DNA of 64,000 nucleotides, taken from assembly GCF_963921235.1 (NCBI RefSeq), contig NC_086097.1:83206001-83270000 (forward strand), written 5' to 3'. The DNA comes from Mobula hypostoma. Taxonomy: Eukaryota. Below, one piece after another: positions 1 through 12,700 of the stretch. The position numbers and the translations under genes are program-made. Position 1 is the stretch's first letter, and each line of letters begins with the position of its first letter. Below the pieces are notes generated by a model. It had not been told where the DNA came from. It did no database searches and saw nothing but the letters and a program-made list of their open reading frames with translations.

Positions 1-274
1 CGTGACTTCTAAAATCAATTCGCTGCACCAGTGATGATTTGGTGTGTCATTAAAGGGCGTGAATACTTAGGAAATCAATTTTACTTTGTTTTATATTTGT
101 AATTAATTTAAATAACTTTGCAGAGATTGGTTTTCACTTTGACACAGAGTCTTTTTCTGTTGATCAGGGACAAAATAAAAAGCCAAATTAAATTCACTCT
201 GATTCAATGTCGTAATATAACAAAACATGAAAATTTCTTGGTTGGGGGGGGGTGAATACTTTTTATAGGTACTG
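1..274. mobile_element. Terminal part (long TIR) of a Tc1-like DNA transposon, cut by the window start
   Basis: Ends GGGTGAATACTTTTTATAGGTACTG followed by TA (275-276), the typical Tc1 end. A second copy of the GTGAATACTT motif at about 59-68 gives the IR/DR layout. Confidence 0.7.
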
Positions 275-1762
275 TATAAGCAATGAAAAATTTTGTACGT
301 TTTCAAATGGAGGAACTTGGCTAATCTTTTGTGAAAATGAAGCAGACTCCCATGTACACATGTTGTTAATTAGGAGTAAAATTATGTGAGCTGCGTAATC
401 TATCACCAAGGAAGAATCGGTTTGCATGCTATTGGTATTTAATTTTCCCTTTTTCCTATTTATTTGTCATGGATGTATGACTGTTTTCTTGCAAAAAAAA
501 AAGTCCATTTATGAGTACTTAATGCAGCGAACTTTTTTCTTGGGGTCCATTGATATTCATTTCTAGCAGAGATCTCTGGCTCAACAAATTGCTATGGGTG
601 GCTGTACTTTAAAATTACTTTGACTCTCAAATAGTTTGGGATGTCCTGACATCTTGAAAAGTGCAAAGCAAATGCAGATCTTTTTGGCAGCAGTAACTTT
701 AACTAGTGTTCTGGTTGAGGAAAGGTTCAGTGATCTGTTAATAGTTTCATAAAAAATAATCTAATTAACTTTTTTCCCTTCAAAAACTAATCTTTGTCCA
801 GTGAAGTGGATGATTCTGTAGTCTGCATTAGAACTTCTGTAACAACCCTGAACATGAAATCTAGATTGCCTCTGTCTAGGTTTGAGTATCTGTTTACTGT
901 CTGTAGCAAAATAAAAGTCTCGCCATGAGAATTAGTTAGCTACTTATTACTCTAGCAGTGTTTGAAACTAAACTTTTTCAGAAAACAGGCCAATCATAAT
1001 AGAAATTGTACTTCATTGTTATATAATAAAAAGTGTTTTTAATTTTCGCAATTTAATGGCTGCCAAAAAGCACCGTTACCTTATTTTTGTAGGTTACTGT
1101 ACCTCCAATGATTTAATCATGGAGCATGGAACCAGGCCCTTTGATACAACTGCTCCATGCCAGTCCTGAGTCCATTTGAGCTCATTTTGTATTTGAAAAT
1201 AATTCGCTTAAATCGAAAGCTATTACAAATGCATACTTTGTAAACCCACAGCAGGATCCTTGAGCATGAAGAGAAGAGGTTCAAAGTAGTGGGAGATAGA
1301 CAGTTACATAGTTCACTTTTTTAAAGTGTCATCATGGTTTGAGAATGGGCTGTATATCAGCTTCCCAAGAACAGTTGGAGACGGCAATGGACGTTTGATT
1401 TTTGCAGTGATTCCACATCCGGTGAACCAACTAAATAAAAATAAGTGTAATCCTGCTTAAAAATGACAAATAAACAGGGTTTTAAAAGCTGTCTACTTTT
1501 AATATATTTATTAATTTATTTGGTAGTACTCCAAACACTTCTGAACAAAAGTTCTAGTCACTTTGCTGATTAATATCACTGTAGTTTTATAACTATGCAC
1601 TAATTGTGGTGAGTTCTGCCCGCTGCAGATAGCACTGACCCTCAGTGAAGGCTGTCGTGCAGTCAGAAGGAAATCCGTGCGTCATTGAGGCATGGTTCTT
1701 TTTTTAATAGTCTTGCTCTCTGAAGCCTGTATGGGCAAAACACAATGAATTGGATTTTTAAA

Positions 1763-2016
1763 AACACAAACACGAGGAAATCTGCAGATGCTGGAAATTC
1801 AAGCAACACACATCGAAGTTGCTGGTGAATGCAGCAGGCCAGGCAGCATCTCTAGGAAGAGGTACAGTCGACGTTTTGGGCCGAGACCCTTCGTCAGGAC
1901 TAACTGAAAGAAGAGCTAGTAAGAGATTTGAAAGTGGGAGGGGGAGGGGGAGATCCAAAATGATAGGAGAAGACAGGAGGGGGAGGGATGGAGCCAAGAG
2001 CTGGACAGTTGATTGG
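1763..2016 (-). mobile_element. 3' end (pLTR plus tail) of a Penelope-like retroelement with a degenerate hammerhead
   Basis: Near-identical to the reverse complement of about 60170-60424, the 3' end of the RT/GIY-YIG element. Hammerhead motif at 1866-1901 with GAAA changed to AAAA. Confidence 0.85.
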
Positions 2017-2018
2017 CA

Positions 2019-2271
2019 CAAGGGTACAGTGGGAGTAGGCCCTTCCGGCCCTTCGAGCCACGCCACCCAGCATCCTCAATTTAACTGTAGCCTAGTTAAG
2101 GGACAATTTGCAATGACCAACCAGTACATCTTTGGACTGTGGGTGGAAACCAGAGCACCCAGAGGAAACCCACAGGGAACCCACAGGGAGAACACAGACA
2201 GCGGCGAGAATTGAACCCAGGTCGCTGGTACTGGAATGCGTTGTGCTAACCAGTATGCTACCATGCTGCCC
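2019..2271 (-). mobile_element. tRNA-derived V-SINE (HE1-like)
   Basis: Minus strand starts GGGCAGCATGGTAGCATACTGG (A-box-like), has B-box GGTTCAATTC, a V-domain-like GGGTTTCCTCTGGGTGCTCTGGTTTCCACCCACAGTCCAAAGA, and a CR1-like tail GGGCCGGAAGGGCCTACTCC. Confidence 0.75.
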
Positions 2272-3215
2272 TCATTTATTTTCTTGCCAGAAACTCGCTG
2301 TAAATCATAGTTGAAAAGGGATTCTCCTTTCGAAAAATATAGAAACATCACAACTGTCATCCTCTTGGTTAACAATCTATGTAATTAAGTGTCTTCGTTC
2401 TTACATACAATGCAAGTTTTACATTCCTCTAATCAAAAGTGACACTGCTCTGTTTCCTGTCATTATGTTGGTGTTCCAGGGCTGTTCTGTTTTGACAAAG
2501 CCATGAGCATTCTCACTTTACTCCAAGCTCGTTACATTGTACTATTCAAAGAATTCTGCAGGATCAGGTGGACACTGTGGTGTGGGATCTTTCCCCTTCA
2601 AATTATTGTGGCTTAGAAATTTTTTGCTATCCACACCCTTTTACAGGCACAAAGCAGTGTTTAATACAATAAATGGTGTGGATATTTGTATTCATTATCT
2701 GAAATGCTGAATATATGGCAAAATAGGCTTACAGCAGAGGGATGAAAAAATAAGAGAAGGGATCACACTGGCAAGCTCATTACCATTTTAAACTATGCAG
2801 ATGGGGTTCGAGGAGGGGTTCAGTACCATCTTCTAAGGAGCAACTGGGGATGGCGAAAATGCTGGACTTGCCAGTGGCAACCTTATCCAGCAAAACAACT
2901 GAATAAACATGATTTCCTTTTTGTGTACAGTTAACGTATCTAACACCTGACTTAGGAACTACTCCCCCACCCACGCCCACCCAACTTCCTAAGCCTATAC
3001 CACCTCAAACTGAGTTTGGCATCAAGGCTTCATTTTAGAAATGGCTTTGAAGATGGAATTTGAAATAACCATAATCTCAAGGGCCATTGTCCTCTTCTTC
3101 CCCAGGACTTACAAATGTGCCAGCATAAGTGGAGATACTAAGTGAATGTTATAAGCAAGGAAGCCTGAGTAAATTTGGGTCATCCATTTGCAACAACAAA
3201 AGCAGTCGGGATATG

Positions 3216-3898
3216 TTAGATTAGATTATGTGAACACTCAGTCCTCGTTTATTGTCATTTAGAAATGCATGCATGCATTAAGAAGTGATACAATGTTCCT
3301 CCAGAGTGATATCACAAAAAAAAGACAAACCAAAGATTAACACTGACAAGACCACATAATTATAACATATAGTTACAGTAGTGCAAAGCAATACCATAAT
3401 TTGATAAAGAACAGACCATGGGAACGGTAAAAAAGAAGTCTCAAAGTTCCGATCGACTCCCAAAAGTCCCCAACAGCAGGCAGCAGAAGGGAGAAACTCT
3501 TTCTGCCATAAACCGCGAGGCACCAACAACTGTCGATGCATTGGAAGCACCCGACCCCAGCCAACTCTGAGTCCGTCCAAAGACTTCGAGCCTCTGACCA
3601 GCCCTCCGACACCGAGCACCGAGCACCATCTCTGCCGAGTGTTTCGACCCCGCCCCGGCCGCTGAGCAACAAGCAAAGCCGAGGATTTGGGGCCTTCCCC
3701 TCCAGAGATTCAGGATCACACAGTAACAGCGGCAGCGAAAAAGGCATTTCAGAAGTTTCTCCAGATGTTCCTCTGTTCTCTCATGTCTGTCTCCATCAAA
3801 TTAGAATTGTGCACGGCACCCTACTTGACAGATTACAGCTATCATTCACCGGAGTGGCCGTGCAAGCTGTGTCGCGCCGCCATCTTCTCCTCCTCCTC
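3216..3898 (-). mobile_element. Non-autonomous LINE-derived element (GC-rich 5' leader plus LINE-type 3' end)
   Basis: Minus strand begins GAGGAGGAGGAGAAGATGGCGGCG, is CpG-rich against an AT-rich background, and ends with AATAAA followed by a (TCTAA)n tail. No RT coding sequence. Confidence 0.6.
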
Positions 3899-3917
3899 AG
3901 TTAATAACTGTTAGTAA

Positions 3918-4062
3918 TACACACACATTGCTGGAGGAACTCAACAGGTCAGGCAGCATCTATGAAAATGAATAAACAGCCGATGTTTCAGGCCGAGACC
4001 TTTCAGGACTGAAAAGGTAGGGGGAAAGATGGCAGAATAAAAGTATGGGAAGAGGGGAAGTA
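3918..4062 (-). mobile_element. Penelope-like element 3' fragment (older subfamily)
   Basis: GCTGGAGGAACTCAACAGGTCAGGCAGCATCTATG motif shared with 31081 and 62605; hammerhead region decayed. Confidence 0.7.
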
Positions 4063-4542
4063 GTAAGGTCAAGTTTTGAGTGAGCTAGTGTTTTTCTTTT
4101 GTTATTGCCTTGAACCAAAGCAATGACAATTTGGTACTGAAAATGGGCCAGAATGAATTTCTCTTCCTCTTGAGTTTTGAGGACCAGATATTATTTGGCT
4201 TGAACAGCAACTTGTGCTGGAAATCAAATATCCAATTAGCTACCTGGAGTTTCAAGTTCAAGTTTGTTGTCATTCAACCAAACACATGTATACAGCTAAA
4301 TGAAGCATTGTTTCTCTGGGGCCAAGGTGCAAAACATGGTACAAAACATGGTACACGTGGTCACACTCAGCACATACAGTAATGATCCAGCACATATAAT
4401 CGCAAGATAATAATACAAGTCCCTGAGTAACATGACCTGAAGGTTGACAGGTCATGGTTTGATTAACCACGACCTTGCAGCATAGAATTAGGGCAATTAA
4501 ATCCTTCATGAGTTGGCTAATATTGCAGTGCTCACCAGTTAA

Positions 4543-5322
4543 ATCATAGTCAGAGTCATAGTCATACCTTATGGATCCCAGGGGAAATTGGTTTTTGTTA
4601 CAGTTGCACCATAAATAATAAATAGTCATAGAATCATAAATAGTTAAATAGTAATATGTAAATTATGCCAGTAAATTATGAAATAAGTCCAGGACCAGCC
4701 TATCGGCACAGGGTGTCTGATCCTCCAAGGGAGGAGTTGTAAAGTTTGATGGCCACAGGCAGGAATGACTTCCTATGACGCTCTGTGTTGCATCTTGGAG
4801 GAATGAGTCTCTGGTTGAATGTACTCCTGTGCCCACCCAGTACATTATGTAGCGGATGGGAGATATTGACCAAGATGGCATGCAACTTAGACAGCATCCT
4901 CTTTTCAGACACCACCGTGAGAGAGTCCAGTTCCATCCCCACAACATCACTGGCCTTACGAATAAGTTTGTTGATTCTGTTGGTGTCTGCTACCCTCAGC
5001 CTGCTGCCCCAGCATACAACAACAAACATGATAGCACTGGCCACCACAGACTCGTAGAACATCCTCTGCATCGTCCGGCAGATGTTAAAGGACCTCAGTC
5101 TCCTCAGGAAATAGAGACGGCTCTGACTCTTCTTGTAGACAGCCTCAGTGTCCTTTGACCAGTCCAGTTTATTGTCAATTCGTATCCCCAGGTATTTGTA
5201 ATCCTCCACCATGTCCACACTGACCCCCTGGATGGAAACAGGGGTCACCGGTACCTTAGCTCTCCTCAGGTCTACCACCAGCTCCTTAGTCTTTTTCACA
5301 TTAAGCTGCAGATAATCATTCA
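4543..5322 (-). mobile_element. 5'-truncated Rex1/Babar-like LINE (RT C-terminus plus 3' UTR)
   Basis: ORF 4700-5323: LQLNVKKTKELVVDLRR...YKYLGIRIDNKLDW...SRLYFLRRLRSF...FYESVVASAI...KSFLPVAIKLYN. Ends in a (TATGAC)n-like tail. Confidence 0.85.
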
Positions 5323-6949
5323 AATGGTTGTATTTTTTTCTGTGCTTTTTAACTCATGTTTCAGACCATAGTAAAATTACAGATGAAATAAATTATGATA
5401 ATCCTGAAAATAAAGGGTAAGGTTTTAATCAACACAATGTATTCTAAGCAGAATGTCAAAGACAGACACTTTGCCTTTGTGGCCTGGGAGTTTTTAGCTG
5501 TGCACAAATATTGTGTGAACTCATGAGAGATGAAGTCTCCAAATGCACCTTTGAGCTAAAATGTCCAGACTGGATGGGAACAAGACAAATCACAAGACAT
5601 CCAATTGGAAATGAGCAAGAAAAACAGAAGTGCTGGAAGAGATCGCCTAATCAAACAGTGTCCGTAGGAAGAAAAGCTTATTAGCACGTCTCTTTCCTCA
5701 GATGCTGCTTTAGTGGCTCTTTCCAAAGTCAGCAATGGTGTTTGTTACTAACTTAAAAAAAATTTTCCATAAAAAACTGGTTACTTTTAATTTTTGCTTT
5801 ATTGGTTTATGCAGTTACATGCAGAGTTTTTAGTTTTTATTGTCATTCCTAATTGCTCTTGAAGATGATGGCGAGACCGTTCTTGAACTGCATCTGCACA
5901 ATTGAAAATGGATTATGTGTCTATGCTTTATTGTGTCTTCATTCTTAGTTTACTCTGGGATTCAGCCTTGGTTTCTGCTGTGAGCCAAAATTGCTGGTCA
6001 TAATGGATTTAGTGAAATTAGGATTTGTGACCCATACTCGCAGCTGATTTGAATTCTTGAACAGCGCAATAGGAGTTGAGTGCTTTAGTGAAGAATGACG
6101 CTTTGTTGAAACTGTTGATGGAGGGAAAAGTATCTCTATTTTGAAGTTAAGAAAATGAGTGAATGAGATGAAGTGTGGTAAAGTAGTAGATAAAAGGTGT
6201 ATTTCATTGAATACTGGACTGAATTATTACTGCTCTGACTTAAGTCAGAATTATTTAAATTTTATTTGATATATCAGGGTCATGCCTTTTATTATTAGGA
6301 GTAGGAAGGTGAACATGCAGGAACAGGTTGAAGTCACCTGTATCTTTGAATTTGTTCTGTCATTCATTTATAACTTGCCATCTGTCTTGTTTCTATAGTC
6401 CTTTGACACCTACTAATACCTTTCAACAAACTGATTGAAACTTCACTAGTAATTTTGTACAATAAGGCTTCATCAGCATGATTTGGTCTTAAAAATGTAA
6501 GCCTTCTAACAAGCCAGGCAACATATTGAATGCTTCAGATTGGTGCTGAAGATTTGTGATAGTATTAGATTCCTGCCTGCATAGCCCTAAATTCAAAAGA
6601 AGATTTTAATCCCTATCTGATACAGGTATCTACGTGCACCCTCACTATAGGGAGATTGTACTGATCTATTGGACTGTATCAAGGACTAACTTGCTACCCA
6701 GTCTAGCCTCTGTGGTGAGGTTTAGCTGCCAATACACACTGCTTGCGTGGTGAGTTCCCCTACTCTACCAAAGTTAAGATACTTTCAGCTGATGAAGAAG
6801 TTCAAACGCAAAGTAGTTTATTTGTAATGGTACATGTTTAAATTTAGACAAATAGTTCTGAATAACAAAAGATTTACAAGATACAAAGGATTTCCAAGCA
6901 CAGGTACAATCTTTATGAACTAGAACATATCAATGAGTTGTAGCTGAGC

Positions 6950-8500
6950 GAGTCATCCTTTGCAGAACCTGAAGTTGAAGAATGAATTCCAGCTTTTCCT
7001 GTAATCCCATCTTTCTGTCATGCACTTTGTCATTCCTCACAATCTTCAATGCTTCTGATATTTAGACTATTTTCTACTAAATAATATCTGCATATGATAT
7101 CCTCCAGATACCTTTGCTGGGACAAAGTAACTCACAGAGATGGTCTTAAAAGCTCTGATGACAGAGATCCCAAGCATCCATAATTAATGCTGTGAGGGCT
7201 GACAATTTACTGCCTACAATTTATGTTAAGACCTGGTGATTAGTTCTTGTTTACAACAAAAATCTAAACAAAGAATATTTGTTGAAAATTTAACTTTACC
7301 ACTAACAATTCTGATCCTTTGGAAAGGTCATTCTGCTGTGCTAGAAGGCTGAGTTTACCAATAACCCTTGGGCTCTGGAAAGAGAATATCATTTGTAGGT
7401 TATGGTAAAGAAATTGGAAAGAATGCAAAATCACAGAATTTTTACTACCTAGATGGAGTTCACTTAGCCACTTGGTTCTACACTGCTCTATGTTCAGCAA
7501 TCCTGGTTGTTCATTCTTATCCCTGCAAGCTTATTCATTCTGAATTGTCTTTTAAGGCAATAAATCCTGTTTCCACCACTTTTTCAGACAATGGGCTCCA
7601 GCGAAAAACTACTTTTTTTAAAATCCTTGTGAAAGCCCTTGTATCTTTACCCAAAGAGTTCCATTCCACACCTAAGAAAGCTTTGTTTATTGCTTGTCCA
7701 TTATGTCATCACATGACACATTCCTTTCCTTGCTCTGCCATCTACATTGCCTGTGCTTATTTAGTTTCCAGTGTTTAAACTTGTGCTCCCTTGTCCTTTG
7801 AACTATTTGATGGGAGTAAGTTCTCTCATTCACTCTTTATAAATGAGTCACGATTTTGTGCACCTTCAAGTCTCCTGTTAATTTTCTGCACTTCAGTGAG
7901 AACCACCTGTAGTTCTCCATTATATCAGTGGCAACCAGGTAGTGAAGAAAAAATAGTAATTATGTCCAGATTTAAATCAAGTCAGCCACCAGCAAAGGTA
8001 CCCAGGTGAAATAAAGATGGATTGGTTTCACTGTCCAGATAAGTGAAAAGTTCCCAAGTGGACCGACCATATTTGACTATGAATGACTGCGGAAAATTGA
8101 CTATGCAGGAATTTAAGCCAGCAAAGTTACCTGTGGTTTATTTTGTTGGTAAGGGGCACTGGTGGTTATGATAAGTGTATTAGAGATTTAAGGGAGGCTT
8201 TTGTTCTAATCTTGGACATTACTATTGAAGTAAGCCTTGTCAGTCAGATAGACTTGAAATTGTATGGTATGGTGCATTGCCATCTGGTGGAGAAGGTAGT
8301 TTATGATAACAATCATGATCAACGTTCTTCAGACTTCCAGTGCCATGTGACTAAACAAAGGGCCATTGGTTGTAGGTACCAGTAACCCAAGAGATCATTT
8401 CATACCTATTAAAATCTGGGCATTCTTTGCTGATCATTTGTTCATCATCTTACCTGCCGTGCCCATCTAGTTTGTTTGCATTTCCTTAGTTTCCAGTGTT
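6950..8500 (-). mobile_element. Possible very old Gypsy pol/integrase remnant
   Basis: Manual minus-strand translation gives scattered pieces resembling integrase motifs (SLFHLG / LLVAD, YNGELQ, IITTSAPYQQ, PAKV...RYYLVEN). Many stops and frameshifts; boundaries uncertain. Confidence 0.3.
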
Positions 8501-8910
8501 TAAATTCTGAGTAAACTTTGTCTTCTCCTTCCAAAATACTGCCGCATGATCTTTAACTTTTAAAATTATAGAGTCATACAGCATAGAAACAGGAGATTTG
8601 GCCCATCGTGCGCATGCTGATAGTTGTACTTAACCATACTAGTCCCAGAAGCCTTGAATTATTTTCTACCTTGTGCATGGTAAGGTTAGTATCATGGTGA
8701 CTTGTATAGTGAGTTCTGACAATATGTCAGATAGTCACTGTCTCTCGCTACCAGTAAGATCTATAGTTACTTCAGATCTATTTTATAGATGGTATTCGAT
8801 GTTTTTCAAAGGCAAGGCATGAGTTGCAATTATAAAAACTGGATAAGTACATGTTTCTCTGCTTGATACTGATATCCTTAGTTGATACAGAAATGAGTAC
8901 GTTGTATTGT

Positions 8911-9079
8911 AGCAACACACATCAAAGTTGCTGGTGAACACAGCAGGCCAGGCAGCATCTCTAGGAGGACGGGTCTCGGCCTGAAACATCGACCTAGAGA
9001 TGCTGCCTGGCCTGCTGCGTTCACCAGCAACTTTGATGTGTGTTGCTTGAATTTCCAGCATCTGCAGAATTCCTCGTTT
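8911..9079. mobile_element. Miniature inverted Penelope-like insertion (hairpin) with a 14-bp TSD
   Basis: Arms 8911-8965 and 8993-9047 are reverse complements with 1 mismatch; the right arm has an extra tail of about 32 nt. Flanks are TACGTTGTATTGTA (8898-8911) and TACATTGTATTGTA (9080-9093). Confidence 0.85.
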
Positions 9080-10162
9080 TACATTGTATTGTATCTTTTT
9101 TAGATTTTTATTCGCATATAATCAGTGGACTTTAATCCCGTAACAAATTATAAGAACTAAATTTAGTAGCTAGTTTGGAAACGTGTAACAAACCCGAGTT
9201 GACGTGTAGATAGGAATTCCATAGATATTGGAATAAATATCGACAGGCAATTGAGACTTTTTTTGTGACCATTTATGCAGTTCGGTGGTAGACAACTTAG
9301 AAAAGATTCTTGCCCTTCAGTGTTCCATCTAACAAAAAATGTAATTAATAGGCTAGATTCAAATGAGCTGGGTAAATTTGTCTCCTGCTCTGAAGGTTCA
9401 CAGACTCATCAAAGCCAGAGGACATATGTGAACTTAGATTTACCTTGTAGTATAATCAATAGCTGCTGTTAACACAGTAAATCTTTTCCTTAAAGATTGC
9501 AGTCATCATTGCAATTTAGATTCACAAATCTGACAAGAGTTCACGATTTTCTGCTGTTTGTAATAAGCAGACAAATGGTCCTTCAGTGTTATCATTTAAT
9601 TTGATTTGCATTATGAAATAGTTGATTTTTAAACAGAACAAAATTATACTTTGTACAGTATTTGGAAAACCACAAACCACTCATCCCTGTGTCACTGACT
9701 AGAATCCATTCTGGAACAAGAGGTTAAATTAAGTAAAATCTAAGCTGAACCTCATTTTATGGAGCACATACCCATTGGAAGCTATTGCATGGAAATAAAG
9801 ACAGAATTTGTGGAGAGGAGACAGTTAACTTTTCAGATTGATGATTTGCCATTAGGGTCCAACAGAGTTTCTCCTACTTCTGTTAAAATGCACGTTTAAT
9901 GCCAACAATTTCTAAATTTGGATTTTCCATAACAACAAATAACAACGCAATTTGATTGCTCACGTCACCAATATTTTTTTTAAACCATGTGGATTTTGTT
10001 ACGGATATATTGTAAATGCTTTTATACTTTGATGTATAACGTGGTGCCGTCACAGAAGGTCCAAAGTAAGGATGTTTATTGATGGTTGAGAAGTTTAATT
10101 GCATACATATTTTCTTAGGAAAATAAGGCAGTCCTTGCCTACATATGGGCAGTATTTAATCA

Positions 10163-10800
10163 TTGGCCGATAAGTGGTAAATAATGTTCCTGTCATAACA
10201 TTGTTAGGCAATGACCATATTCAACAAACGAAGGTCTAACTTGCCATCAGTGATAGTGAAGTTGCATTGCAGAGCCCCAACCTTCATTGCATGGTCACCA
10301 ACCAGAAACTCAACTAGATCGCTGTGATTACAAAGAAGAGCCACAGGCAAGGTATCCTGACATCTATGGCCCAAGTCAGGGGCATGATGGAATACTCTTC
10401 GCCAGGGTGAGTTACTGGATGAGTGCTGTTCTATCACCACTGAAAACATCTGTCCTGGATAATTGGTACTCTTCCCACCACTCTGCTTTGGCCACGTTAT
10501 TGTGTGAGTAATGCCATCTACAAGATATACTGCAGTTATTCACCCTGGGCCACTCTAACAGCATGCCATAACCACATGACTTTTAACTTGCCACATCATC
10601 CTGACTTGGAAATATGGTACTTGTTCTTTCATGATCATTGAAGAACAGCGTTATTACTCAAGCTTCTGGCAAACTGCCTTCTTTAAAATGATGCACGTAC
10701 TGTAGTGAAGGAGTATGTACATCAGTTTTAAGAAGCAGCTTTCCTGCTCCCTGGGTAATAAAGAATTGGTAATAAATGCTAGCATTGCCAATAATGCCAA
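10163..10800 (+). mobile_element. Decayed CR1/L2-group LINE 3' fragment
   Basis: Translates WPISG / ADKW..MFLS..C*AMTIFNKR...IYGPSQG..MEYS...WMSA, and ends AATAAATGCTAGCATTGCCA. Highly mutated. Confidence 0.45.
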
Positions 10801-12523
10801 GTTCTTACAAAACAAGTATTTATAAAAATCTGCACTTGTGTAACTTCTGAAGTTGCACAATATTCATGTACTCAACCAGGTGAAGATTGGAAGTAGATCC
10901 ACACGCTTGCATGAAACTTTGAACATTGTGCGTTTTAGGAAATTTATCTTCTGCCCCCCCCCCCCCCCACTGATCCAACTACGGCTGTGCCAGTTTATCA
11001 CATTTCAAAGTGAGACGGCGGTTTTCTGCTCCGATAATACATAGAACAATGGATATTTCTGGATACAACATATTCTGCTGGAATGAAAGTCCAACAGAGA
11101 TAACATTATTGATCCATAATAATGATATAGTTCTCCAGAGCAATAATTAGTTCATCCCAAAATTAACTCTGTTGGGTTAAAAGTTCAGAACAGTATTTTG
11201 CAGTGATTTGGTTTTGTATTGTTGCATCATGGCTAAGACAATAATAATGCTTCCTATGCACTACCCAAGCAGCGTGCACCTAGCACATATAACTTTTGGC
11301 CAAGTAGGCCAAGATTGGCAGATTGGTCAGACTTTGCTATTTATTTATTGATAATTATTACTGATTTGTTGTATTACCAATGTTCTTCAAAAATATGAGC
11401 ATGAGTCTTTGACCTTAATTCTGAGCCCATTACAACCTTACATACTAGGCCCTTTACAGTAAAGTTAAAGGATATTTGTTAAATTTAGAATTTTTAGGAA
11501 CTTTTATTAATGTAAGTGACTGACCAAAACCCTGAGTCTACTTGACATTTAAGGCTCCATTGGCTTATTGATTATACCATGAGTATTTTGGCATTGCATG
11601 ATATGTTCATTAAGTTGAGCAATTCTGATTGTGCAATTATTAAAATAACATTTTCATATGGGTAGAACAGACTTGGGAAACAGTATTAAGAATAATGATT
11701 CTAATGTGAATCCTTGAGACTCTACTGTTTGTGACACCAATTCTTTTGTCTCATTTCTAATCAAATACTGGAGAACAAATAGTTTTGTGGAATACCCTTT
11801 CTTATTTATTCAGAAAAAGACCTTGATTAGACAATAAAACTCCTGGAACTGTCAATCTATATTATTCGTATAGTTACGTAAAAGAACTCCATTAATGTCA
11901 ATTCAGAATTTACTATTGATTTGCTGTTTGCTGAATGAAATTTCCTATTGCTCATCTTTACTGGAAAAAATATTGAACTGACAATACACATGGATTTATT
12001 TTGTGGAGTTGTGAGGCAAGTACGGTATGAAAGATAATTTCTGGAGGTTATAAGATCAGATTGTAACCTCAATGTGTTTTGAGATCACTATAACAAATGG
12101 AGGACAATAAAAATTTGATGTTTTTTCTCTGCACCATGCATCCAATTTGCAAATACATTTTAGTAATAACATGTGAATGAATATCTGAATAATTATTATA
12201 TCTGCATTTGTGCTTGCTTTCTCACAGTAAAGAAAATCTCTTATTTTTCATCAATTATGTTAGATTGAATGAAATTGGATTTGAGAATGTTTCTCAATCT
12301 GCAAGCTGTTTTATTCAATGTGATCTCTGGTTCTAACAACCTTTTGAAGTTCTGTTTTTTAAATATTGATGCTTCGGTAGGAGTTTCAGTTGGAAACGTA
12401 CCAATGTAATATCATCTTACCAAATCAGACTATTTCATGGTGAGCAAATAAATAGTTTATCTTTATCAACTATAAGTGTACTGCATGCAAATATATTTCT
12501 ACCTTTCTGAGCGCAAATATAAA

Positions 12524-12700
12524 AGACTCTGCAGATGCTGAAAATCCAGAGTAGCACACACAAAATGAAGAAACTCGACGGGTCAGGCAGCACCAATGGA
12601 GAGGAATAAACAGTCAAGGTTTAATAGAGACCCTTTATCAAGATTCCTGAAACTTCGACCATGTGTTCCTCTCCATAGATGCTGCCTGACCTTCTGAGTT
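12524..12700. mobile_element. Old inverted Penelope-like fragment pair
   Basis: AACTCGACGGGTCAGGCAGCACCAATGGAGAGGAATAAAC is mirrored by GTTCCTCTCCATAGATGCTGCCTGACCTTCTGAGTT. The CTGCAGATGCTG tail is on the left arm only. Confidence 0.65.

Noticed and set aside
1758..2214. Recurrent 'MLVNAAGQAAS...' ORF family (also 39773, 57622, 60136) as a multi-copy gene
   Set aside because: These are chance frames across the non-coding pLTR of the Penelope-like element.
3278..3914. Cluster of overlapping ORFs as a host gene
   Set aside because: They lie inside a GC-rich repeat, are open on both strands and show no recognisable domain or splice pattern.
7780..8520. Endogenous viral capsid or nucleoprotein ORF on the minus strand
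   Set aside because: Stop density is close to random and no viral motif is recognisable; the fragments fit decayed Gypsy pol better.
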